Positions 18,899 to 30,137 of a stretch of DNA of 56,552 bases are shown in pieces. The notes beneath the pieces were generated by a model, which saw nothing but the letters and a program-made list of their open reading frames with translations, ran no database searches and was not told the origin of the DNA. A program made the position numbers and the translations under genes. The number at the start of each line of letters is the position of its first letter. The first letter of the stretch is position 1. This DNA is from Burkholderiaceae bacterium (GTDB taxonomy: Bacteria > Pseudomonadota > Gammaproteobacteria > Burkholderiales > Burkholderiaceae): NCBI GenBank assembly GCA_027486025.1, contig JAIXPY010000087.1:1-56552 (forward strand), read 5' to 3'.

Positions 18899-18953
18899 AA
18901 CTGACTCCCTTTATTTCTTCAATCAATATTCTTATTTAAGCAACTCTATCCCT

Positions 18954-19892
18954 ATGACCAATCCATCTGTGCGCAATCTGGTTCTGTACAGCTGCACCTT
19001 TCGCAAAGATTTAAAACGAACGGTGAAATTGGCACAGAGCATTCAGAAGCACAATACGGCAAACATCCCGTTTTATGTATCGGTTCCGGAAGAGGATGTT
19101 TCCCTCTTTAAAGAACACCTCGCTGCATTTGATGTAACGGTTTTTAATGAAAAAGAGATTTTTGAGAAAAACCCCAAATTAGATATCAAGAAGTTGTATC
19201 AAGTTCGCGGCGGCTTGCGCCAGCAGGTGATTAAGTCGGAATTCTGGCGCCTGGGGCTCTCAGAAAACTATTTAGTGCTGGATGCGGATTGCGTCTTTAT
19301 TCGGGATTTTGATGAACGGGACTTTATTGTCAAAGACGATATTCCGTACTCGATTATTCATGAGGGCCGGGATGTCTTACAGGCAACAGATCGATTTGGC
19401 CCCAAGCAAATCCGTCAACACTTTTTAAATGACCGCGTACCCATTCGACAGGCATTGGGTAGGGAGGGCGTTACCTATGACTTTGGCTATGCTCCCTTTT
19501 TATGGAGCACTAAGGTATGGCAGTCTTTGGATAGCAATTACCTCACACCCAATGGCATGAGCTTTTTGGACGCAGTGGAGCTCTGTGGCTCGGAATTCAC
19601 CTGGTATGGGGAGTCCTTAATTAATTTCAGGGCCATTCCCATCTACCCTAGAGAGCAGCTCTTTAAGCATTACCACTACGAGCACCAGTTGTGGGCCGAT
19701 CAGCTATTGGGCTATAACGAAGCCATCCTCGCTAAAGACTGCCTAGGAGTCGTGTATCAATCCAATTGGGAAAGTTGGGGTGACTATGGCCCCAGCAATA
19801 AGAGTGTTTCCTCGCGGGTTTTGCGTTCGGCCAAGCGCCTTCTCAAGAAGCTGTACTTTAAGCTGCGCATTCTGACGCGCATCTTGGGATGA
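18954..19892 (+). CDS. DUF6492-like putative GT-A glycosyltransferase
   Basis: QQVIK, YLVLDADCVF (DxD) motifs; glycan-locus context. Confidence 0.6.
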   Translation: MTNPSVRNLVLYSCTFRKDLKRTVKLAQSIQKHNTANIPFYVSVPEEDVSLFKEHLAAFDVTVFNEKEIFEKNPKLDIKKLYQVRGGLRQQVIKSEFWRLGLSENYLVLDADCVFIRDFDERDFIVKDDIPYSIIHEGRDVLQATDRFGPKQIRQHFLNDRVPIRQALGREGVTYDFGYAPFLWSTKVWQSLDSNYLTPNGMSFLDAVELCGSEFTWYGESLINFRAIPIYPREQLFKHYHYEHQLWADQLLGYNEAILAKDCLGVVYQSNWESWGDYGPSNKSVSSRVLRSAKRLLKKLYFKLRILTRILG

Positions 19893-19915
19893 GCACCCCC
19901 TGATGAGCACCCCCT
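19888..19915 (+). repeat. Perfect 14-bp tandem duplication GATGAGCACCCCCT x2 spanning a stop/start junction
   Basis: Identical copies at 19888-19901 and 19902-19915. Confidence 0.9.
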
Positions 19916-20772
19916 TACTAGATTTATCTGTAATCACTTTAGTTTGCGTTGAGACCAGAGATCCAGCCCTAGCGCATTTTGCGATTCAGAAGTGCACTCA
20001 ACTTACACGCTTCGGCAAGGTGGTGCTGATTACCGATTTGGGTAAGCTAAGCAGCCAGGTGGGTAATGAAGTAAATGAAAAAGCAGATCAAAGAGCAGAG
20101 CAGGCGATTAGAAGGCTCAGCGGCGTTGATTATGTACAGGCTCCGCCAATCAATACCACCAAAGACTATTCTGATCTACTGCTAACGGGTTTAAGCCAAT
20201 ACGTCTCGGGTACGCATGTTTTAATCATGCAGTGGGATAGCTTCATTCTTCATCCTGAGCTGTGGACCAATGATTTTCTGCAATACGATTACATTGGCGC
20301 AGTTTGGCCACATCACCCCGATACACCAGTAGGCAATGGGGGATTTTCGCTGCGCTCAGTAAAGTTGCTTGAAGCACTAGAGAGCCCAGCGATTAGCAAG
20401 CGCCACCCCGAAGATTTTTGCATCTGCGTCGATAACAAAGCAACTTTAGAGAATGAGTTTGGCATTCGGTTTGCGCCAAGGAATGTCGCAGAGCAATTTG
20501 CAGTAGAGCGCACAGACTGGCATCCTGCCTTTGGATTCCATGGATTTTTTAACTTCGGCAAAGTACTAAATCCACAAGAGCTCACTGAATTTCTTCAGCT
20601 ACTGCCCGATGCCTATTTGGGCGGGGTAGATACCTACGACTTAATGCAGTATTTGATTGAACACCAGAATAAAGAATTGGCAGAGGGGATTTGGAAGCGG
20701 GTGAGATTTCGCTGGAGGATGCGCAAACAGTACTTCCGGATCAAAATCAAACTGATGGGCTATTCGCGGTAG
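19903..20772 (+). CDS. DUF5672 family putative glycosyltransferase
   Basis: LIMQWDSFI, FLQYDYIGAVW, VGNGGFSLRS, PED, FGFHG. Confidence 0.8.
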   Translation: MSTPLLDLSVITLVCVETRDPALAHFAIQKCTQLTRFGKVVLITDLGKLSSQVGNEVNEKADQRAEQAIRRLSGVDYVQAPPINTTKDYSDLLLTGLSQYVSGTHVLIMQWDSFILHPELWTNDFLQYDYIGAVWPHHPDTPVGNGGFSLRSVKLLEALESPAISKRHPEDFCICVDNKATLENEFGIRFAPRNVAEQFAVERTDWHPAFGFHGFFNFGKVLNPQELTEFLQLLPDAYLGGVDTYDLMQYLIEHQNKELAEGIWKRVRFRWRMRKQYFRIKIKLMGYSR

Positions 20773-20879
20773 AAACAATGGCTTGATTTAAGATGTTTAC
20801 TGTAACACCCATGTAACTCTAATTTATATAAATAATAATTTCTATAACGAAACTCTCATCAAGAAAGCCCATTCGCGCA

Positions 20880-21593
20880 TTGCGATTTTTGTTCGAGACA
20901 AATGCACCTTATGCTGTCTATGCCGCATATCTGAAAACCTACTTTAAGAAAAAATACATAGAGTCTAATTTTTCCAGCATGGGGCAATTTAAGTCAGACA
21001 TGCACAAAGGCCAATTTTCGAATGACTGGTTTACGAATAACATCCCTTATTGGAATGAAGTTTTTGATAAATATGACTTTAAAGATAAGCCAATCAAAGC
21101 ACTCGAAGTGGGCAGCTGGGAGGGTATGTCAAGCTTATTTATCCTATCAACGCTGCCGAAAGCAACGCTAACCTCAGTAGATACTTGGCAGGGCGCTGAT
21201 GAGCATCAGGGATCATCCGCCCTACAAACAATCGAGAGTAATTTTGATAAAAATATTGAGGCCTATCGTGACCGATCTACAAAATTTAAGGGGACATCGT
21301 TTAATTTTTTTAATGAGTTCTTAGCTAAAAATAGTTTCGACCTTATTTACATTGATGGCTCACACCACACGGATGATGTCATCGTCGATGCAATTAAAGG
21401 ATTTGAGTTGTTAAGAGTTGGCGGAATTATGATTTTTGATGACTATTTCTGGGGGTATTACAACAAGCCAATTGATAATCCAGCTGGCGCCGTTAATGCT
21501 TTTTTAAGATTAAAAGAAGGCGCTTTGGAAATTGAATGTATATACGGCCAATTGATAATTAAAAAGATAAAAGACGGGCGGACCATCCCGTAA
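20880..21593 (+). CDS. Class I SAM-dependent methyltransferase (Methyltransf_24-like)
   Basis: LEVGSWEGMS, VDTW, FDLIYIDGSH, GGIMIFDDY; start uncertain. Confidence 0.85.
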   Translation: MRFLFETNAPYAVYAAYLKTYFKKKYIESNFSSMGQFKSDMHKGQFSNDWFTNNIPYWNEVFDKYDFKDKPIKALEVGSWEGMSSLFILSTLPKATLTSVDTWQGADEHQGSSALQTIESNFDKNIEAYRDRSTKFKGTSFNFFNEFLAKNSFDLIYIDGSHHTDDVIVDAIKGFELLRVGGIMIFDDYFWGYYNKPIDNPAGAVNAFLRLKEGALEIECIYGQLIIKKIKDGRTIP

Positions 21594-21644
21594 GCTATTT
21601 GTGAGTAGTCTTTCAATGCTCAGTTTTAGACAAGTCGAATACAA

Positions 21645-22434
21645 ATGAAAAAAGTAACAAACAATCCTTCATTTGCGAGCTTTCTTACCAACAAGTATCG
21701 CGACTTAATTCTTAAGCCAGCGCTGAAGTTGCCAAATAGAAACCAAAAGACTTCTCAATGTGCTTGCTAGGCCATGCCTTATGTCTCCATACGCCAATCC
21801 ATCATCCTGGATGGGTTCTAGGAGCGCGAGTTGTTGCAAGGCATGCGTGCATTAGTAAAAGATAAATACAGGATTGCACTTGAAATTGGCGCCAATATAG
21901 GCAACCACAGCATATTTTTAAGTGCTTTGATGCTGTTGCCGCCTTTGAGCCAGTGCCCAATAACTGCCTACTACTCAAAGCCAATCTGTTTTTTCAATCA
22001 GACTCAGAACATTACTCTGATTGAAAAGACCTTATCCAATAGCAGTACCAAAATGGGGATTGATAAGGGTAGTTCAAGAAATACAAACAACGCTATTTCT
22101 GAATTGTCTAAAAAAGACGAAGATGCTATTAGTCAAATCTTGGTTGACGTGGCGGTAGACGATGAAGTGATTAAGGCGCTCAATCTAAAGCGGCGAATTA
22201 ATTTAATTAAGATCGATGTTGAGGGGCGCGATTCGTTTATGGTGGAAGGGCTCAGAAAAAAATTAGTGCTAAACAGCCGATAGTATATTGGGGGGCCTTT
22301 AACAAAGAAGAGGCCAAAAAGACAAAGGCGCTCTTAATGGGTATAGGTATAGCAACTTTTATCACCTGACTACTAAAAAATATCGGAGTCAACTCATAAA
22401 TAAGCTTATAAAATCATTTATAAATGCGGCCTAG
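21645..22434 (+). pseudogene. Degraded FkbM-family methyltransferase (boundaries approximate)
   Basis: GF*ERELL with in-frame TAG at 21819-21821; EIGANIGNHS in one frame, FDAVAAFEPVPNN in another, IKIDVEG back in the first. Confidence 0.82.
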
Positions 22435-22567
22435 CTAGCGGAGCTTGACCTGCGTACTCAATTTGTTGCAATGAGTACAGCCTCAGTAGGGCGACTTTTG
22501 TAGAAAATAGCTGTGTTTCGGCTTTAAAATCAAAATAGTGTGGTGCTAAACAAAAAAGGAATCTAAA

Positions 22568-23626
22568 TTGATTTTAGTTACAGGTGGCGCAGGCTTTATT
22601 GGGGGAAATTTTGTTCTCTATTGGCTTAAAGACCCAAAAGCCGAAGGCATCATTAATTTAGATAAATTAACTTATGCAGGTAATTTAGCTACCCTCGATT
22701 CTTTAAAGAGTGACCTTCGCCATATTTTTGTCCATGGTGATATTGGCGATCAAGAGCTTGTTACCAAACTATTAAAAGAGCATCAGCCTAGAGCGATTGT
22801 GAACTTTGCAGCTGAGAGCCATGTCGATCGATCGATTCATGGCCCAGCAGAGTTTGTGCAAACCAATATTGTCGGTACCTTTAATTTGCTCGAGTGCTCA
22901 AGGACCTATTGGAGTACCTTAGATGAATCTAAAAAAGCAGCCTTTCGCTTTCATCATGTGTCGACGGATGAGGTTTATGGCTCCTTATCGGCTAGCGATC
23001 CAGCATTTACAGAGACGCATCCCTATGAGCCGAATAGCCCATATTCAGCCTCTAAAGCTGCTTCAGACCATTTAGTGCGGGCTTGGTTTCACACCTATGG
23101 TTTCCCAGTCGTGACTACCAATTGCTCGAACAACTACGGCCCCTACCATTTCCCGGAAAAGCTTATTCCGCTAGTGATTCTTAATGCCTTAAATGGCAAG
23201 CCCTTGCCCATTTATGGCGATGGTCAGCAGATACGCGATTGGCTCTATGTGGGTGATCACTGCTCGGCTATTCGGGAAGTGCTTGCTAAAGGTAAGTTGG
23301 GCGAGACCTACAATATTGGCGGCTGGAATGAAAAAGCGAATCTCGATGTGGTCAAAACCATTTGCAGCATCTTGGATGAGCTGAAACCCAAAGCCAATGG
23401 CAAATCGTATGCCGAGCAAATTACTTTTGTTACCGACAGGCCGGGCCATGATCGCCGTTACGCCATTGATGCGAGCAAGATAAAGCGCGAGCTCGGTTGG
23501 AAGCCCAAAGAAACCTTTGATAGCGGCATTAAAAAAACGGTGCAGTGGTATTTAGATAACCCAGTGTGGATTGAAGGTGTGGTTAGCGGATCGTACCGCG
23601 AGTGGCTACAAAAGCAATACAACTAA
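22568..23626 (+). CDS. rfbB: dTDP-glucose 4,6-dehydratase
   Basis: [46 protein letters not shown]. Confidence 0.97.
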   Translation: MILVTGGAGFIGGNFVLYWLKDPKAEGIINLDKLTYAGNLATLDSLKSDLRHIFVHGDIGDQELVTKLLKEHQPRAIVNFAAESHVDRSIHGPAEFVQTNIVGTFNLLECSRTYWSTLDESKKAAFRFHHVSTDEVYGSLSASDPAFTETHPYEPNSPYSASKAASDHLVRAWFHTYGFPVVTTNCSNNYGPYHFPEKLIPLVILNALNGKPLPIYGDGQQIRDWLYVGDHCSAIREVLAKGKLGETYNIGGWNEKANLDVVKTICSILDELKPKANGKSYAEQITFVTDRPGHDRRYAIDASKIKRELGWKPKETFDSGIKKTVQWYLDNPVWIEGVVSGSYREWLQKQYN

Positions 23627-23651
23627 GCACGCAACCACATAGACTGTCTAC

Positions 23652-24626
23652 ATGAACATTCTCGTTTTTGGTAAAGATGGCCAGCTGGGTAAGGCGTTTA
23701 AGGCCATCTTTGATGCGAATAATCTGGGTAAATTGCATTGCATTACCTATGTTGGCCGTGCTGAATGCGATCTGTGCAATGCAGACGCGATTGCAGAACT
23801 ACTCAATCGAATCAAGCCAGATTTGCTGATCAATGCTGCTGCTTATACGGCGGTGGATAAAGCAGAAACGGAAGTCCACTTAGCCTATGCGATTAATGCT
23901 AAAGCCCCAGAGTTGATGGCGATATATGCAAAACGCTATGGCGCTACTTTCTTGCATTACTCCACTGACTATGTATTTGATGGTAGTAAGAAAACTCCCT
24001 ATATCGAGAGTGATGTTCTCAATCCCTTGGGTATCTACGGCAAAAGCAAAGCAGCTGGGGAAGAAGCAATTGAAGAAACGTTTGCCAATCTACCTGCAGA
24101 CTCGAGTGCGCAATATGCCATTTTTAGAACCAGCTGGGTCTACGGCGATGGAGGTAATTTCATCCGCACCATTTTGCGCTTAGCCAAAGAGCGCGAAACT
24201 CTTAAAGTTATTGCCGATCAATATGGCGTCCCAACTAGCGCTACTTGGCTAGCAGAAGTCAGTTTGGCCTTGGTGCTGAATAAGAAGCATCAGCTAAGGC
24301 TATTTCCATCCGGTATTTACCATGCGGTGCCCCTGGGTGAAACAACTTGGCATGCCTTGGCGTGCCACGCAGTCCAGGTAGCGCTCGATGCGGGGGTATC
24401 ACTAAGACTGCGCCCAGAGGCTATTCAGGCAATTCCTGCCATAGACTACCCCTTACCAGCCTCTAGGCCCATGAACTCGCGGATGGCAAGAAGTGCCTTA
24501 GAGGCAACTCTTACTGATTTAACAGGGGACTCAAGCAATATGACAAAATCACAGCTATTAGAGCAATCATGGGAGTCGCAAGTCGAGGCCTACGTTCAAG
24601 ACTTGGTTCATCGAAAACTCATTTAA
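23652..24626 (+). CDS. rfbD: dTDP-4-dehydrorhamnose reductase
   Basis: [33 protein letters not shown]. Confidence 0.95.
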   Translation: MNILVFGKDGQLGKAFKAIFDANNLGKLHCITYVGRAECDLCNADAIAELLNRIKPDLLINAAAYTAVDKAETEVHLAYAINAKAPELMAIYAKRYGATFLHYSTDYVFDGSKKTPYIESDVLNPLGIYGKSKAAGEEAIEETFANLPADSSAQYAIFRTSWVYGDGGNFIRTILRLAKERETLKVIADQYGVPTSATWLAEVSLALVLNKKHQLRLFPSGIYHAVPLGETTWHALACHAVQVALDAGVSLRLRPEAIQAIPAIDYPLPASRPMNSRMARSALEATLTDLTGDSSNMTKSQLLEQSWESQVEAYVQDLVHRKLI

Positions 24627-24666
24627 ATGTATTTCGAACTACTCAAAGGCATTTAGGGATATATCC

Positions 24667-25605
24667 ATGGCAGCTAATCAAACCAACTCAATCAAGCGCA
24701 ATGGGATTATTTTGGCAGGGGGCTCAGGCACGCGCCTGTATCCCGTGACGCAAGCGGTTTCAAAACAGCTGATGCCGGTATACGATAAGCCGATGGTGTA
24801 TTACCCACTAACCACATTAATGCTGGCGGGTATTCGGGATATTTTGCTGATTTCAACTCCACACGATACGCCCCGTTTTACCGAGTTACTGGGCGATGGT
24901 TCGCAGTGGGGCCTCAATATTCAATATTGTGTGCAGCCCTCACCCGATGGTTTAGCGCAAGCCTTTACTTTGGGTAAATCCTTTGTAGGTAATCATCCCA
25001 GCGCCCTAGTGTTAGGGGACAATATTTTTTATGGCCATGAGCTGGTTGGGCAGCTCAATAGTGCAAATGATCGAAGCAGTGGCGCAAGTGTGTTTGCCTA
25101 CCACGTCACCGATCCCGAGCGCTACGGCGTGGTGGAGTTTGATCAAGATTACAAAGCGCTATCGATCGAAGAAAAGCCTCTGAAGCCCAGAAGCAACTAT
25201 GCCGTAACGGGCCTGTATTTTTATGACAATCAGGTATGTGATATTGCGGCATCGATTAAACCCAGCGCCAGAGGTGAGTTAGAAATTACCGACATTAATC
25301 GGACCTACCTTGAAAAAAATCAACTGAGTGTGGAAATCATGGGCCGTGGCTTTGCCTGGCTTGATACTGGAACCCACGATTCTTTGCTCGATGCGGCTGG
25401 CTTTATTGCCACACTGCAAAAGCGCCAAGGTTTGATGGTGGCTTGCCCCGAAGAGATTGCCTACCGCCAAAGCTGGATTAGTGCTGAGGCAGTACAAAAA
25501 GTAGCTGATCAGCTCAAGAAAAACAGCTACGGCCAGTATTTAACAAAGATACTGAATGAGCTCAATACCAGTCCACAAGCCATTGGGCTATCCAGCAAAA
25601 GATAA
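24667..25605 (+). CDS. rfbA: Glucose-1-phosphate thymidylyltransferase
   Basis: [39 protein letters not shown]. Confidence 0.97.
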   Translation: MAANQTNSIKRNGIILAGGSGTRLYPVTQAVSKQLMPVYDKPMVYYPLTTLMLAGIRDILLISTPHDTPRFTELLGDGSQWGLNIQYCVQPSPDGLAQAFTLGKSFVGNHPSALVLGDNIFYGHELVGQLNSANDRSSGASVFAYHVTDPERYGVVEFDQDYKALSIEEKPLKPRSNYAVTGLYFYDNQVCDIAASIKPSARGELEITDINRTYLEKNQLSVEIMGRGFAWLDTGTHDSLLDAAGFIATLQKRQGLMVACPEEIAYRQSWISAEAVQKVADQLKKNSYGQYLTKILNELNTSPQAIGLSSKR

Positions 25606-25621
25606 TACAAAAGATGCCGCA

Positions 25622-26194
25622 ATGATAGCCGATTCCAATTCCAAATTGCAGGTTACGCCTACCGCGATTCCAGAGGTTTTAATTATTGAGCCTAAGGTGT
25701 TTGGTGATAACCGCGGCTGGTTTACCGAATCCTTTAATGCCAGTGACTTTGCAAACGCAAGTGGCCTAAACGTCCAGTTTGTCCAAGACAACCACTCCTT
25801 CTCTCGGCAGTGGACACTGCGGGGCATGCATTACCAGCTCAATCACACCCAAGGTAAGTTAGTCAGAGTTACTGCAGGTAGAGTTTTCGATGTGGCAGTG
25901 GATATGAGAAAGGACTCCAGTACCTTTGGTAAATGGGTCGGTGTAGAGCTCTCCGCTGAAAACCACAAACAGATGTGGGTGCCACCTGGTTTTGCCCATG
26001 GATTCTTGGTTCTATCGGAAATGGCTGAGTTTCTGTATAAAACCACCGACTACTATGATCCTGGCAGTGAAGTGTGCTTATCGTGGTGCGACCCGACGGT
26101 TGGCATTGAATGGCCGATTCCACTGGGCAAACAAGCATTGCTCAATGCCAAAGATGCTGCTGGTTTGGCTTGGGGTGTTGCTCCAAAGTTTTAA
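25622..26194 (+). CDS. rfbC: dTDP-4-dehydrorhamnose 3,5-epimerase (probable start ATG 25622)
   Basis: FGDNRGWFTES, FVQDNHS, LRGMHYQ, GFAHGF, FLYKTT. Confidence 0.96.
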   Translation: MIADSNSKLQVTPTAIPEVLIIEPKVFGDNRGWFTESFNASDFANASGLNVQFVQDNHSFSRQWTLRGMHYQLNHTQGKLVRVTAGRVFDVAVDMRKDSSTFGKWVGVELSAENHKQMWVPPGFAHGFLVLSEMAEFLYKTTDYYDPGSEVCLSWCDPTVGIEWPIPLGKQALLNAKDAAGLAWGVAPKF

Positions 26195-26196
26195 TA

Positions 26197-27246
26197 ATGA
26201 GATCGTTCTTTGAAAAAATTTATACGAAAGCATTTGTTAAATTACGTGTTAAAAATGACTTAAAGGTAATATCCAAATTAACTGCAGCCGGTAAGTGGGA
26301 AGAAGCAAGTTGCCTTTTAACTAAGAGCGCTTACCCACTGCAAATTCAGTTCTTAGTTGAGCCTAATGGCTTAAATCACAGCGCAGTTCGTTGGAATGCT
26401 CGAAGTCCGGAGCATTGTCTTTTTGCATTCAATCCTGATTTATCAGGAGAACAAGTTCGGAATCTGACTATCCGATTACTACATTTATTGCCTTTAATTA
26501 CTGCATTTCATCGATCTAAAGATTTTATTGCGGGCGCGATCTTTATTAATCTTGGTGATTATGCGGATACCGATGGCATAGCATTTTGCTCTAATCGCGA
26601 CGGGCAGCTATTGATTCCCGATACGGATTTTTTAGGAACCAAGGGTTACAGTCTCACGCGAAATCATTTTGAGATTAATCGAATTCCGTGGGAAGATCGG
26701 CGGGCAATAGCTTTTTGGCGTGGAAATACAACGGGTATTCGAACAGGAGAGTCCTGGAATAGTATTCCCCGTATTCAGTTATGCGAAATTTGCAATAAAG
26801 AAGATGTACGTTCTTTTTTTGATGTTGGTTTGAGTGGGTTAGCTCAGATACCAAAGTATGAAATTAAGAAGGTCACGAATTCTGGTTTGATGCGGGATTA
26901 TGTTCCTATACTGTCTAGTGATCAATATAAGTATCAAATTGATATTGATGGTAATTCAAATGCTTGGTCCGGCTTTTTTCAAAAGCTTTTATCAGGGTCG
27001 GCTATTCTAAAAGTCGCATCACCACATAGATTTCGGCAGTGGTATTACGATAGACTCATTCCATGGGAACACTTTGTGCCAGTTGAATCAGACATGACTG
27101 ATTTGGTGGAGAAAACCCAGTGGCTCATAGCGAATGACGATAAAGCCATGCTAATAGGGCAAAAGGGCGCGGAACTTGCATCTAACTTACCGTATGATTT
27201 AGAGATAGGTGAAGCGCTGCAACGAATCCGCACTGCCTTTTTATAA
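26197..27246 (+). CDS. CAP10/glycosyltransferase family 90-like protein (probable start ATG 26197)
   Basis: PWEDR..AFWRG, YKYQIDIDGN, QWYYDRLIPWEHFVPV. Confidence 0.82.
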   Translation: MRSFFEKIYTKAFVKLRVKNDLKVISKLTAAGKWEEASCLLTKSAYPLQIQFLVEPNGLNHSAVRWNARSPEHCLFAFNPDLSGEQVRNLTIRLLHLLPLITAFHRSKDFIAGAIFINLGDYADTDGIAFCSNRDGQLLIPDTDFLGTKGYSLTRNHFEINRIPWEDRRAIAFWRGNTTGIRTGESWNSIPRIQLCEICNKEDVRSFFDVGLSGLAQIPKYEIKKVTNSGLMRDYVPILSSDQYKYQIDIDGNSNAWSGFFQKLLSGSAILKVASPHRFRQWYYDRLIPWEHFVPVESDMTDLVEKTQWLIANDDKAMLIGQKGAELASNLPYDLEIGEALQRIRTAFL

Positions 27247-27367
27247 AGCAGACCTCCGTCAGCCAATAGATCGATACGGTAAGGTATTGACGGGTTGTTT
27301 AAGGCCTGCATTCAGCTTGATTTGAGGTAGCGGGAGTCATTCATTTGAAAAATACGATAATGCGGGT

Positions 27368-28471
27368 ATGACTAGTCAGCTGCAACATCCCTTGCCCACA
27401 GTAGCTCAAGTAAATCAAGCACCCAAGATTCTCTTGGTGAAGCTCTCTTCGCTTGGGGATGTGCTGCATAACCTGCCGATCGTGTGGGATTTACGTAAAC
27501 GTTTGCCTGAAGCCCAAATCGATTGGATTGTGGAAGAGGGCTATGTGCATTTGCTGGAGCCCCTCAAAACAACAGACACATTCAGAGGCATTGATCGCAT
27601 CATTCCGGTTGCGTTTCGGCGTTGGCGGAAAAACCTGTTTAGCCTTCGTACTTGGCGTGAGTTCTTTGCAATGCGCAAATTACTACAAGCCACTACGTAT
27701 GGTGTGCTTCTGGAAACGCAAGGTTTACTTAAATCTGCTTTGATCTGCGCTCTGGCCAAAAAATCAGAGCATGCCATTGTGGCTGGCCTCGGTAATGCGA
27801 CCGAGCATTCGGGATATGAACCCATGGCTAGAATGTTTTATACCCAATCGGTGCATGTGCCCATGAAATCCCATGCAATTGATCGCTCACGTTGGGTGAT
27901 GTGCTCTGCGTTTGATTGGCCTTTAATGGATCGGCGTAGTGAGCCAACTTTTTTTTATCCTCCCACTTTTGTAGAGCAGTTAGCCCCGCTTGAATTTGAA
28001 GGTTTACGAAAGCAGCCTAACGGCATGCCAGTTCCTTATGTTGTGTGTTTTCATTCAACAGCAAGAGCAGCAAAGCGTTGGCCGACTGAGAGCTGGGTTG
28101 AATTGGGTAAAAGCTTATCAAGCCAAGGCTACCAAGTGCTTTTTCCCTGGGGCAGCCCTGAGGAAATGAAAATCAGTGCGCTTATGGCAAGCCAAGTGCC
28201 GGGTGCTATTGTGCCTAGGGCCATTTCGATTGAAGAAGCCTATCGCCTAGTTGCACATGCCGCCCTGACCGTCGGCGTGGATACGGGCTTAACCCATTTA
28301 TCGGCGGTATTGGGTAAGCCTACCGTGGAGATCTATTGCGACTCCCCACGATGGAAGACGGAAGGCTACTGGAGTAGCAATATCGCTAATTTAGGGGATA
28401 TGAAGCGCATACCGCTGGCAAGTGCAGTGTTAGAGGCTGCCGAGGCACTTTTAAAACAGGGCCGCCAATAA
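27368..28471 (+). CDS. waaC: LPS heptosyltransferase I (GT9)
   Basis: ILLVKLSSLGDVLH, IDWIVEE, QGLLKSA, KRWP, VGVDTGLTHL. Confidence 0.88.
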   Translation: MTSQLQHPLPTVAQVNQAPKILLVKLSSLGDVLHNLPIVWDLRKRLPEAQIDWIVEEGYVHLLEPLKTTDTFRGIDRIIPVAFRRWRKNLFSLRTWREFFAMRKLLQATTYGVLLETQGLLKSALICALAKKSEHAIVAGLGNATEHSGYEPMARMFYTQSVHVPMKSHAIDRSRWVMCSAFDWPLMDRRSEPTFFYPPTFVEQLAPLEFEGLRKQPNGMPVPYVVCFHSTARAAKRWPTESWVELGKSLSSQGYQVLFPWGSPEEMKISALMASQVPGAIVPRAISIEEAYRLVAHAALTVGVDTGLTHLSAVLGKPTVEIYCDSPRWKTEGYWSSNIANLGDMKRIPLASAVLEAAEALLKQGRQ

Positions 28472-28625
28472 AAGCAGCTAGCTTAGGGTCTATGTCATTA
28501 AGGCATATAAATCAGTTGCTTAGGCTCATCTTGAGGCCTGGATTGAATTCGAGTACTTTTGATTGTTCAGATAAAATGAGGCATCTCCCTTTATAGAAAC
28601 TGGTACAGTTTCGATCGCCCACTTC

Positions 28626-30137
28626 ATGAGCAATAGCAACATATCGTCTGTAGTCGCTCCAGTGATCCTTTGCGGTGGCTCTGGAACACGCCTATGGCCC
28701 TTATCCCGCTCTGGATTTCCGAAGCAGTTTTTAGTGCTTTCTGGCGATGGTTCCAATCAGAGCTTGTTTCAGCAGGCCATTACTCGCATTAATGCGATTG
28801 GCAATGCGCAAATTGACTTAGGCGAAACCTTGATTGTGACGAATGAAGAGCATCGCTTTTTAGCTTTGGATCAATTGCGAGAATTAAATAGTATTAAAGC
28901 AAGGCTATTGCTTGAGCCCATTGGTCGCAATACAGCCCCAGCGCTGAGTTTGGCAGCGCTACAGGCTTTAGATGGCGGGATAGAAGACTATGATCCCATT
29001 CTTGTCATTACTCCGGCCGATCAAACGGTTCAAAATCAAGCGGCCTTTGTAGGAGCATTACAGGATTGCGTGGCAGTGGTTGCTGAAGACAAAACTAAAA
29101 AGACCATTGCTATTTTGGGCATTACGCCAACCGCCCCTGAAACAGGCTATGGCTATATTCAGCGTGATAGTAATAAAGGTAAAAATAACGAATTTACCGT
29201 AGTGCAGTTTGTCGAAAAGCCGGATGCCAAAACAGCACAGGCCTACTTAGCCGATGGCAATTACTTATGGAATAGCGGGATGTTTGTGCTGCGCGCAAGC
29301 ACTTGGTTGGCTGCTTTAGCGCAGTACCGCCCGGATATTGCCAATGCTACTGAGGCGGCATGGATTAATAAAGCCTCGGATCAATCGGGTGAAGTGACCT
29401 TTGTGCGACCCGATAAAGCCCTGTTTACTGCGGTGCCCAGCGAATCGATTGACTATGCAGTCATTGAAAAGTGCACTGGTAGTCAATATCAAGTCAAGAT
29501 GGTGGAGCTCGATGCGGGCTGGAATGACCTTGGCGCTTGGGATGCCGTTTGGCAAGTAGGCAAGCAAGACGCTGAAGGCAATGTTACTTCGGGCGATGCC
29601 TTACTCGCTAATACTAAGAACTCCTTAGTACATGCCAGCAGCCGTTTAGTCAGCGCCGTTGGAGTTGAGAATCTCATCATCGTTGAAACGGCCGATGCGG
29701 TTTTGGTAGCCGATCGAAAAAATAGCCAAGATGTAAAAAGCATTGTGAATCAATTGGAACAGCAACAGCGCGAAGAAAAGAATTTACACCGCAAGGTGGC
29801 TCGCCCCTGGGGCTGGTATGACAGTGTCGATGAAGGCGAGCGGTTTAAGGTCAAGCGCATTCAGGTCAAGCCCGGCGCTAGCTTATCGCTGCAAATGCAT
29901 CACCATCGTGCCGAGCACTGGATTGTCGTGAAAGGGATAGCGGAAATTACCAATGGCGATAAGGTCATTACGCTCACTGAAAACCAAAGTACGTACATTC
30001 CGCAAGGGCAGACGCATCGCTTAGCCAACCCTGGCAAAACCCCTTTGGAGATCATTGAGGTGCAATCCGGCAGCTATCTGGGTGAGGATGATATTGTGCG
30101 TTTTGAAGATGCTTATGGACGCGACGGAAGTGAGTAA
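28626..30137 (+). CDS. manC: Mannose-1-phosphate guanylyltransferase/mannose-6-phosphate isomerase
   Basis: GGSGTRLWPLSR, EPIGRNTAPA, FVEKP, SIDYAVIEK, RPWG, HHHRAEHW. Confidence 0.96.
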   Translation: MSNSNISSVVAPVILCGGSGTRLWPLSRSGFPKQFLVLSGDGSNQSLFQQAITRINAIGNAQIDLGETLIVTNEEHRFLALDQLRELNSIKARLLLEPIGRNTAPALSLAALQALDGGIEDYDPILVITPADQTVQNQAAFVGALQDCVAVVAEDKTKKTIAILGITPTAPETGYGYIQRDSNKGKNNEFTVVQFVEKPDAKTAQAYLADGNYLWNSGMFVLRASTWLAALAQYRPDIANATEAAWINKASDQSGEVTFVRPDKALFTAVPSESIDYAVIEKCTGSQYQVKMVELDAGWNDLGAWDAVWQVGKQDAEGNVTSGDALLANTKNSLVHASSRLVSAVGVENLIIVETADAVLVADRKNSQDVKSIVNQLEQQQREEKNLHRKVARPWGWYDSVDEGERFKVKRIQVKPGASLSLQMHHHRAEHWIVVKGIAEITNGDKVITLTENQSTYIPQGQTHRLANPGKTPLEIIEVQSGSYLGEDDIVRFEDAYGRDGSE

